NCBI RefSeq assembly: GCF_009914755.1
Contig: NC_060936.1
Direction: 5' to 3' (one strand)
DNA from: the human T2T-CHM13v2.0 reference genome, Homo sapiens
Length of the DNA: 64,000 nucleotides
The translations under genes and the position numbers were made by a program. Below the pieces are notes generated by a model. It was given only the letters and a program-made list of their open reading frames with translations, did not search any database and was not told where the DNA came from. This document shows, piece by piece, positions 48,638 to 64,000 of this stretch (its first letter is position 1; every line of letters begins with the position of its first letter).

Positions 48638-49177
48638 GTATTAGTTACCTATTGATGGATAACAGATGACTACAAATTTAGCAGCTTAGAACAGCACGCA
48701 TTTAATATCTTACCATTACTGTGGGTTTGGGTCAGGAGTCCAGGCATCCGTTTGTTGGGTCCTCTATTCCAGAGTCTCTTCTGAAAGCTGCAATCGCATT
48801 TCTGACCAAGACTGCAGTCTCATTCACACGGTTGTTGGCAGAATTCATTTCCTTGTGGGATGTTGGACTGAGGACCTCCGTTTTTTGCTGGCTGGCATTG
48901 AAGATTATCTTCAGTTCCTGCCACATAGGCCACTCCATAGAGCAGCTCAGAGCAGGGCACCTAGATCCATCAAAACCAGGAAGGAAGAATGTGTTAGCAA
49001 GAAGGATATTACAACCTTCTGTAACATACTAATGTACATGTAATCACATACATTGCATTATCTATCTACTAAAGGCAAGTGACAAGTCCCACCCACGCCC
49101 AAGGGGAGAGAATTACACGAGAGCGTGAGTACCAGGTGGCAGCGATCACTGGGGGCTGTCCTAGGATTCTGCCTCAA
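48638..49177 (-). mobile_element. MLT1E/F-type MaLR LTR
   Basis: TGTATTAGTTACCTATTG..TAACA..ACTACAAATTTAGCAGCTTA; GGTTGTTGGCAGAATTCA.TTCCTTGTGG. Confidence 0.82.
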
Positions 49178-49766
49178 AATTCACCAAATACTCTCATCAG
49201 ATCAGCTAACCCGGGGTTGTTCCCTAAGGAAGGCAGGATAGTTAACGTCTGCGAAATGGCAGTGAGTCCTCATTAGCTCAGCTCTCATTATCAAAGTCTT
49301 TGCGTTGCCAGGTTGCACAGGGAAGCGAAGGTCATCTTAAGATGAAAATATCACTAATATTATCAAATTAGTCCCCACTCTAGCAGACATTTCTCCTCTT
49401 AATGCTAGTTACATCCTTGTACATCCCATTTTTCCAGAGCAGCCGCATGCTAATTATATGAGTCTACAATGTAAATTCAATCAAACCAATTGCTCAGGTT
49501 CTTCAAAAGAAAATTATTTGAATATCAGGGGCTTTGGAGAGGCTTTTGAGGAAACTGATGAAATGCTCAAATAATTTTGCACGAATGATTTTTGTTTGAA
49601 TCATGTTGGGAAATTTGAGTGTGGGAGATTATGTATCCTGCTATCATTTCATGTTTGGGAGAATACTATGAAAAAATTCCAGCAAAATATATATTTTTTT
49701 CATTCTAAGAAAATTACCTACATGCAAAACAACCTAAATAATTGAACCTTAAAAGTAATTTGGCCT

Positions 49767-50412
<646 letters not shown>

Positions 50413-50494
50413 AAAAGTAATTTTAAAAATAACATAGTTTCATAGTTTTACTGTTTATTATAGTTTACTGTAAATTTTGGTCTCTTGTGAGTGG

Positions 50495-50620
50495 TGCTTT
50501 GATTCAAATCCTAGCTATGTCAGTTACTAGCTGTGTGATCTTGGACAAGTTATTTAACTTTCCTGTGCCTCATTTAACACATATATAACATGGGGATACC
50601 AATAATAATAGTATTTATAG
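50495..50620 (+). mobile_element. MIR
   Basis: TTCAAATCCTAGCT..TTACTAGCTGTGTGA.CTTGGACAAGTTA.TTAAC. Confidence 0.8.
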
Positions 50621-52238
50621 CACTAACTACACCATTTGACTCTAGCAACAACCCTGTGAGGTCAGTGTTATGGCAGGTACCTTGGACAGAGTGACCTGTG
50701 GTTGGGATAAGATGACCAGATGTCCCATCTTAATCTCTAAAATATTAAGCCTTAGCATCATAAACCAGGACGCCCAAGTAATTAGGGAAGCTCAGAGGGT
50801 ATCTGCAAGTTTTGGATAATTTCCTCATCCAAGTCTAACTGGTTTTGGAAAAAGTTCTGCCTAACTTGAATTCACCTAAAAGAGAAACCAAATGATATTC
50901 TCTCCCTCTCTTTCCTCTTCTTCAACTAAACCTTTCATTTCTTAGCTCTCCCCTGCTCCCAAACCCACCTCTTAAGTTCCTCCAGGGTGCTATCAAAGGT
51001 CTTTGAACAGTACCCTTAAATTCTCAGGAAAAGAGAAACAATCTAAATCAAAAAAGCAAATATACAAATATTGAACCACAACCACCTTCCAACTGTTTTG
51101 TTTGAACAGAGAGAGAAAAACCCAAAGCAAGACTCAGGAGTGTTAAAGTTCATTTTCAAAACACAGAACAAACAGCGTTCATTCTTAATAAGTCAACGGA
51201 GCGTAACAGAATTCAGAGGGACCAAGGAAAGGGTTACTGTACGACAGATCAGTGACACAAACATAAGCGGTGGAGTCCACAGAGGGGCAAACACAGGAGA
51301 TTGAGCTGCTGCTTGGGGCAAGAAAGGCTCGTTGGAACTTGGGGTTCTGAGCATGAAACCTCGCATTCCCCATTCAAGCAAGTCACAACATCTCTGCTTC
51401 TTCAGATGTAGAGAATAACAAAATCCTTAGAGGCCAAGCTTGGGGAAAAGAAAAGAAATGGTGGTATGCAAGTAGTACTGAAGTAGTATTGCCTTTGGAA
51501 AGTAATAACTAAGGGAGAAAAGAAGCATGATTCCATAGTTGGTGCTGGATACAATCTGAAGCATCTAATAAATTTATGTCACTGTAGAAATTTCGATTCC
51601 ACTTTGATGGAAATGAAAAGAAACTATAGGTAACATAACACATGGTATTTAATCATAAGGCTTGAAAGAGGATAATCTCCTTAACAAAAGCACATGGAGA
51701 ATTCAAAACCATGGGGTGGTATTTCTCGTCTCAGTAAGATGAGAAAAGGGGATTGGAGAATATTTACACTTCCAGGAACCCCAGAAAAACAAGAACCAAT
51801 AAATATTTTCTAGATGGGTCATAGATCTTAAGTTCAAAAAGTTCTTATTATCACTCATAACTCTGATCACTACCATTTCAATATTTAAGGGTAAAAAAAC
51901 TCTCCAATATAACAGTTTATTACATATGTGTTTAAACTCTCTAATATATAACCTTTAATCTTGAGTCTATGATATCTACAAAGCTTGTAAACCATGTCCC
52001 CGTTATAAGTATTAGAGTGTTATTTGTAGGAAATTAGATTTCCTCACTGTCTTGGATCACATTGCCTAGAAGCAGAGCCTGAGACAGGGATTGGAGTGTG
52101 CATGATTTGAAGGAATGCAATCGGGAGAAAGGGAGTGAGAGAAGGAGAAGGCGGGAGAAGGGGCTCAGCAAAACTGGGGTCTCAAGCCTGGAGAGGAGCT
52201 TCAGCCTGATCCTGCGGCCAGCTCTGCAGCATAGATTA

Positions 52239-53413
<1,175 letters not shown>

Positions 53414-53794
53414 TCAGCCACCTGTGACAACTAAGCCACTATCTACAACCTCACCAGCCTGTGTCAAGGAATCTCACTACTATAAATATGGAAGAGAGGT
53501 TCTTGGTTGTCTGTCACCAGTGTTCGCTTTTCCCATTGAAGCCTGTTTGAAATAAATACTTTCTCTGGCAGATTCAAATATAAATACAATGGGAATTGTT
53601 ATTTTTCCACAGCCACAGGCAAAACCAATTAAAGATGGATAAAAGTAAATAATGTTTAAAAAACAAACGTTAGAAGACTGGAAGAAAGTTGAATTGAATA
53701 TTTATCATCATTCTCAAAGGTAGATGATTTTTCAAACCTAGAAGTAAGGAGGAAAAAATCATGAAGGTTTTATCGTATAAAAATGTAAAACTTC

Positions 53795-54146
<352 letters not shown>

Positions 54147-54464
54147 TTAAAAGGTAAACAACAGTTAGCAAAGAATATTTCTGCAAATTTAGAAACAAAA
54201 ATTCCTTGTCAAATCAAAGTTGCTTGTGTGTTGCAGATAGTGTTTTCACAGCATGCTCCTTGGCCATATTCCGGAGTAAAACCCCCACCCAACGAAAGAA
54301 ATGTTCCTTTTTGAGCGCTGTCAGTGACTAGCTGTGACCTTGAGGAAGTTACTTAATTGCTCTATACCTCAGTTTCTTTATAATGAGGGGACAATAACAG
54401 TACCTGCCTCTTTTTTATCATGAGGGCTGCAAGAGCCACGGGTCCTACTAGGAATTAATTGTCC

Positions 54465-54765
54465 TTATTTATTTATTTTAGAAACAGGGTCTTGCTCTGT
54501 CACCTAGACTGGAGTGCAGTGGCCTGATCATGGCTCACTGCAGCTTTGAACTCCTAGGCTCAAGTGCTCCTCCCGCTTCAGCCTCCTGAGTAGCTGGGAC
54601 TATAGGCACACGCCATCATGCTTGCCTAATTTTTTTTTCTTTTTTTGTAGAGATAGGGTCTCACTATATTGCCTAAGTTGGTCTAGAACTCCTGGGTTCA
54701 GGCAAGCTTCCCAGCTTGGCCTCCCAAAGTGCTGAGATTACAGGCATGAGCCACCATGCTCAGCC
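54465..54765 (-). mobile_element. AluJ
   Basis: TSD TAATTGTC. Confidence 0.9.
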
Positions 54766-54984
54766 TAATTGTCTATACTTACAGAAAGAGGAAATCAAGA
54801 GTTAGAAAGAGAAAGGGGAGCTATGGTGGGTGACACAGGACAACTACTAGGGAGGAATACACAGAGATAGGGTTGACAGAGTTCAAGGAAGTATAGCCAG
54901 CCAGGTTCTACCATGCTCTGGCATGAAGCTATCCTTGGCAGAGGTAAAGACTTAGAACTTGGGTCAGGGAGTTGTCAGGTGACC

Positions 54985-55395
54985 CTTAACACTCCCCTTT
55001 ATCTACTATGACAGAAACAAAATTAGTTTCTTCTTCATCTTCCTGGGCTTCTTGTAGTGGATGTGGTCATAAGACCAAGTTCTGGTCTATGGAATATGAG
55101 TGGAAGTGGTGGGTGCCATTGCTGGGCTGACATGCATTGTGTTCCTTCCTTTCCAACAGCTGGAAATTGGATCTAATGACTCAACCTGGACCTTGCAGAA
55201 GGCAAGAGGCCCGAAGACAGGGCAGAGCCACTAGATGGAAAGAGCTTGGGTCCCAGAATTACTCTGCGGAGCAGAACTGCCAACCAACCTGGAACACCCA
55301 CACTGGCAGTTTTGTGAGCAAGAAATAAACTTCATTATTCCTTACAGCACTAAATTAACAGGTCTTGTTACAACAATTTAGTCTGCCCTAATACA
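54985..55395 (+). mobile_element. MLT1I/J-type MaLR LTR
   Basis: TGTGGTCAT..GACCAAGTTCTGG.C.ATGGAAT.TGAGTGGAAGTG; GAAATAAACTTC; ends CCTAATACA. Confidence 0.75.
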
Positions 55396-55544
55396 GCAAT
55401 GTTGAGCTAAGCCCGTTGATAAATGGCACTAAGATCCTTTCCTACAGAAACATCCAAAGCATTCCAGAAGTTACCCTACCAACAAACAGCAGGAGACAAC
55501 ACATTCCTGCTGAAAGCTACACATACAATTTAAAGTCTACTGCT

Positions 55545-56266
<722 letters not shown>

Positions 56267-56479
56267 GCCTACAAGGACCCCTGGAATGTCCACTGTTAGA
56301 CAATCATTTGTTTGGCCTATATGTAGGAGGGTCTTGTTAAAATATAAACATTGGCAGCAAACCAAATTGTAAAAGTCTGCATGTTTTGTGTTCTAATGAC
56401 AGCCTTATGTTGCACCTGATTTTCTTGAGAAAGCCACATTATAATAGGTTGACACTCCTGACCAAGGGTCTAAGGTTAA

Positions 56480-56905
<426 letters not shown>

Positions 56906-57371
56906 TAAGACATTTCTAGAGAAAGTTACGATTGATTGATCTGCTACCATGGTCCAGATGCTGAGTTAGGAGCTTTAAATACATCATCACAAAAACTCCT
57001 AAGGTGCCTCACAGAGGGAGAAATTGAAGCTTAGAGGGGTCAAGTAATTTGTCCAAGATAACCCAATCAACTGATAAATAACCCGCCAGACATGTTTAGT
57101 TTCAAAGCCTCTATTCTCATACCACAGCATCCTGCCCAGGAAAAAGAAGGGCATGGGTTGAAATTTTGATGGGAAACTAGAGGCTGGCTAGAAGAGGCTA
57201 CATGAGTTCTGCTTCTCAAGGCATAGGTTTCTATGGTCAAAAGTATCAGGAGAAGAAGCTTGGCCACTGCGCATTTGTCAATGGCCATTCCATGAATAAC
57301 TGGCATGTATTCCAAGTGGGAATTATTGTAAGTACATGTGAGTAGCCTACAAAGAGGAGATATGAAATTAA

Positions 57372-57540
57372 TAAATTTACTGAGTACCTACCATGTGTCA
57401 GGCAGTGTTCTATATACTTTACACGGATTCTATCATGTAATCTTCACAGTAAGGTAAGTGCTATTATCATCTCCATTTTATAGTTAAGGAGACAGAAGCA
57501 CAGGGGGGATTAAAGTAATTTGTCCAAGGTCAAACAGAAA
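57372..57540 (-). mobile_element. MIR
   Basis: TTTACTGAG.ACCTACCATGTG.CAGGCA; CCATTTTATAG..AAGGAGAC.GAAGCACAG. Confidence 0.8.
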
Positions 57541-57551
57541 ATGGAAAAGCT

Positions 57552-57872
<321 letters not shown>

Positions 57873-57969
57873 AGAAAATGGAAAAGCTAGGCTTGATCCT
57901 ATCAGACCTCAAAGACCACATCTTCATGTCCTATGCTATACTGCTTCCTGAAACAGCAAATGGTAAAAT

Positions 57970-58180
57970 TCTACCTTGTTATAATTATTCTTATCACCAT
58001 CCCTGTTCATTTCTCTAAATAACTTATCACAACTTGTAATGATGTGTATTTTGTTTTCTTTCTTGTCTCTTTAAATAGTAAGTACCATGAGGGCAACTGT
58101 GTCTATTTTATCCACCAGTCTCATTCCTCATACAATGCCTGGCACCTTGCAAGTATTTGATAAATATTTATTAAATGAGT
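57970..58180 (+). mobile_element. L2 3' end
   Basis: CAATGCCTGGCAC...ATAAATATTTATTAAATGA. Confidence 0.65.
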
Positions 58181-58939
58181 TCATGGGCCAACAGGGGAAC
58201 TCATGATAGGATAATGTCTATGCAATGGAAAGTGGTTCTTTTCCTAGTAAAACTCAAAACAAATAAACAAACAAATCAGAGTTGGAACCCTTGTGTATGG
58301 CTACTAGGATTATGTGATGGTACAGATGGTATGGAAAACAGTTTGGTGGTTTCTCAAAGTTAAATACAGAATTACAATATAATCCAGCTAATACTAGTAT
58401 ATATGTAGTAAGTAATAGCATTTAGTACACGTACAGTAAATTACTGGTTTAAATATTAGTAATTATTATGTATTCCACTCCTAGGTATATACCCCATAAA
58501 TTGAAAGCTGAGACTTAAGCAAATACTTGTACACAGAAATTCATAGTGGCATTATTTGCAATAGCCAAAAGATAGAAACAATGCAACTGTCTACCAATGA
58601 ATGAATAAACAAAATCTGTTATATCATATGATAGAATATTATTATAGAAAGGAAATTCTGATACATGCTACCACATGGATAAACCTTGAAAACATTGTGC
58701 TAAGTGAAATAAGCCAGACACAGGACAAATATTATATGATTCCACTTACATGAAGTTCTTAGAATAAGCAAATTCACAGAGACAGAGCATAGAGTAGCGG
58801 TTACCAGAGGTTAGGAGCAGCGGGGATGAGGAGTAATGTCATGGGCACAGTGTTTCAGTTTGGGATGATGAGAAATCCTGGAAATGAACAGTGGTGATGG
58901 CTGCACAACATTATAACACTGTAAGTATACTTAAGGCTA

Positions 58940-59563
<624 letters not shown>

Positions 59564-60244
59564 GTTAAAATGATAAATATTGTTATGTATATTCTACCAA
59601 CATTTTTTTTGAAAAAGGAAATATAAAACTGTTTCCACCAGCACATCACTCAGGTCAGAGAGAGCCACCAAGCAGCAGGCCTGCTAGGGGCACATGGATC
59701 TGAGAGAACAGCTGTCCTCAGGATAAGGGTGCTGGTGTCTGCAGAGCCCAAGGGGGCTGAATGATGGCAGTGAGTCTCTGGCAATACAGATGATACTGAT
59801 TCTTCATAGAGTTAAACTCTGAGCCACGGTAGGCAGAGCCCAGCTCATGCTGGTCATTATGATAAAGTCCTGGGCGCAAGGAAGTGGGCACTCCACTGCA
59901 GAAAGAGTGGTGAACCTCAGACACCATGGAAAACAGAAGATTCACAAGACAGAATCCTGCTGCAAACATTTCCATAGGATGGGGACAGAAACATGTCTTT
60001 CAACTACCTGTGGTATCCACCAATCCTCTGATAAGAAAGGACTGAAGGCTCATGCCAGGGCCTACTGCACGCGACACAATGTTGTCCAAACAACAAGTGC
60101 CTGGGACTACTTACTGAACACTGCCCATAGCTCCAAGAAAAGTGTTACACATTTTTATCATTAATACTTTGGCATGAATTAGCTTGCTAAGCAGATAAGC
60201 AAGTTAATGACTTTCCAAGGCCCGAAGAAAGAAGATCCAGGTGA

Positions 60245-60555
<311 letters not shown>

Positions 60556-61080
60556 CCCAGGTGAATAAGTTTTGTAGGAGACAGAGATAGTATTTAGGAA
60601 GAAGCAAGGGATAGAGCCTAAGTGGATAGCCAGAGTGAAGCCCAAGAGGGCTGGAGGCCGCAGGAGGGGAGGCTCTGAAATATCCAAAGGAAGCTCAGAG
60701 GGCACAAAAGAGAAGGTCTGGCTTCTTTCCAAACGTTAGTGTCCATGAAATGGAGCCATCTAACCTCCAGAGAGTAGCGAGAGCCTCTCATCAAATGCCC
60801 TTCCCTAGCTAAAGCAGGGGCCCTGGAGCCACAGTTACACTCAGGCAAGCTCATTCTCATTTTTAGGCCTTATTGATGTGTATAGGTAGCAATGATATGA
60901 CAATGAGAGGAAAGACATTGGGACTTTGGAGCCAGTCTTCAGGATGAATCCTGCTTCTTCCACTTACTGGCTTAGGAATTACTTAAATTCCCTGAGAATC
61001 AGCTTATTCATTCATAGAATGGGTTAATATCAACTTAAGGTAACACCATATACCATGGTAATTCCTATTAGGTAAGTAGG

Positions 61081-61764
<684 letters not shown>

Positions 61765-62819
61765 GCAGGTAATACTTAATGCCGTGTCCAGCACACAGTT
61801 ACATGTTCCATAGATGTTCATGTCCTTCTTCCATCCCTAATTCCAGTCCTGTGCTCTGCCTACCCTGGAGTGAGCATGTTGCTGTTTCATTTATTCTGCT
61901 CCCTGAATTTGAGATGTCAGAGGTCAGTGCCTTCTTTTTAGCCAGCACTGTAAGAATTTGTAGCCTTTATTTTCACACTGCCCCTCCTCTGAGGCTCTCT
62001 AAGGGCTTAGCAGCCTCCAAGGGGGAAATGTAAACAATTTCTATTTTACCAAGAGGGAAGCTGGAACACAATGCAAGATCAGCTGTTTTTCCCAAAAAAA
62101 AAAAAAAAAGAAATTTCAAATTTTCTTCCATTCCCATGGTTCATTCCACTGTGTAAACGGCTGTCCTGGAAACCAGCCAAGAGCAGCCAGCAATCGGGGA
62201 CCATTGCGGGCTCCTGGGGACTGCTGAGCAGGGGCTGGCTGGAGGAAGATTTTCAGTCATCGCATCTTCTGCAACCCTCTCAGACTGCCCCTCCCAAATG
62301 ATGACACGTTCAGCTCAAGAGTCATTTCATTCTGAAACAATTGCCAAGCACCAGGCGTGCCCAGCCTGTGGATAGGAATGAATGACGTGCTTCCTCTGAT
62401 CTATGTCTGTCCCTTTGAGAAAACACTCACTGCTAAGTGATGTTAACCTCTTGTATCACCTCCTATTTTTAGCCTCTTGAGTGAGTGATAAATCAGGTTA
62501 TAATCTGACAGGATGTTTAAAGACATATTAGAATCAAATTAAATGACAGGGCCTCAGACATCATACACACTTTTAAAGAACAGAGCCAGAACACATTATC
62601 CCCGCCCAGTTTCAATGCATACCCATTGAAACCTAGTTTTTGTAAAAGGACTTGGCTTATGTCATAAGGTTGACTCTAAGATTAACTATGTCTCCTCCAA
62701 TTTTAATCAAGCCCCATGTACCCAGCCAGCTCATTCCAAAAGCTGGAGACCGAGATGATTTCTCTGGAATATTATCATTATGCTGTGAGCTCAGACACTG
62801 CTGGTAGAAACCATACTCT

Positions 62820-62960
62820 CATCCATATCTGTAGGGAGCACCTACTTCATGACAGCCACTGCCTGAGGCACTGTGGGGACAGTGGTGAACACAGAAGACA
62901 TCATTCTTACCCTTGTGGAGCTAGCTTAGTGAGGAGATAGATGTTAAGCAAACAACCCAA
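62820..62960 (-). mobile_element. L2 3' end
   Basis: GAGCACCTACT..GGCACTG.GGGGACAG..GTGAAC; CCTTGTGGAGCT. Confidence 0.6.
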
Positions 62961-63524
62961 TAAATAAATGGCTGGGTCACTGGGTTCCACTGCTGAAATT
63001 ATGCTATTTGGCGTCTGTTTTAGTCTCTCTCTTCATCCATCCCTTATAGCTGTCTTCTATTTGGCTTCATTTTCCATAAGATTCTACATGACTAAGGTGG
63101 CCACTTGCAGCTCCTGACTACTGCGGTGCTAATGAATGATGACCCCAGAGCAATGACTGTCCCCAGAGTACCACCAAAGTTTCAAGGAGGAGGCTGACTG
63201 GCCCGATTCAGATCACTTGCCCGTTCCTGGACCCATTGTGGAGAACTGCAGAAGAAATAATCCGGCCAGCCCAGGTCGCATGCACACTCTCAAGGTGGGA
63301 AGAGGGAGGGGTGGTGTTGGTGCCCCCGGCACCTTATGGCAGAGCAGGATTCCGATGGCACAGGAGAGAGTGGTTTCCCAAATGAAAGGATGGTAGCTAG
63401 TGAATGTTTGTCCACAAGTGTTAGAGAGTTGATGTTTAAAGTTGGTCAAGTCAAAGAAGAAAAGAGGCAGCACTGTAAATTGTGGGTTTTTTTGGTGTTT
63501 CTTCCACCTCGTCTTGAGTTGTGC

Positions 63525-63690
63525 AACATGGTAGAAAGAGAGAGGCCTTCAGAACCAGGCAGATGTGGGCCCACATCCTGCCCCCATCACTTCTTAGTGG
63601 CTATGTGGCCTTGTGCAAGTCATCTAACCCTCTCTGAGACAGTTCCTTGCTGGTATCATGGCAATAGAAGCTCCGTATGGGAAGATGAAG
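63525..63690 (+). mobile_element. MIR
   Basis: TATGTGGCCTTG.GCAAGTCA.CTAACC.TCTCTGAG. Confidence 0.65.
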
Positions 63691-63696
63691 TGATAG

Positions 63697-63921
<225 letters not shown>

Positions 63922-63930
63922 TAAAGAAGT

Positions 63931-64000
63931 AGGCCAGGCGTGGTGGCTCATGCCTGTAATCCCAGCACTTTGGGAGGCCAAGGCAGGCAGATCACGAGGT
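63931..64000 (+). mobile_element. Alu 5' end, cut by window edge
   Basis: GGCCAGGCGTGGTGGCTCATGCCTGTAATCCCAGC. Confidence 0.92.

Overview
Primate (hominoid-like; species and locus cannot be determined from sequence alone) non-coding DNA, either intergenic or deep-intronic. I find no protein-coding exon, RNA gene, CpG island, CRISPR array or processed pseudogene of a cellular gene. The ORF track is explained by Alu, L1, LTR and microsatellite reading frames or chance ORFs. The window is dominated by interspersed repeats: about 59 Alu/FLAM/FRAM copies, L1 pieces (including a disabled L1PA ORF1-end/ORF2-endonuclease fragment), HAL1, L2 and MIR. It also holds solo LTRs (MER9, LTR15/MER41-like, MLT1, MLT2, THE1/MST, LTR16), a decayed nested ERVL provirus and DNA transposons (Tigger3a, MER2, MER58A, MER53, MER5A, MER104). 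Subfamily names come from recall of consensus sequences, not from a search. I could not support a novel biological system. The best observations are structural: a microhomology-bounded inversion inside an MLT2 LTR, an overlapping two-state hairpin cluster in unique DNA, and an Alu/L1 junction lacking normal insertion hallmarks. Also notable are a MER53 palindrome split at its centre by an AluY, a closely spaced inverted Alu pair, datable same-site Alu re-insertions and a (GAA)n/(TAA)n Alu tail.
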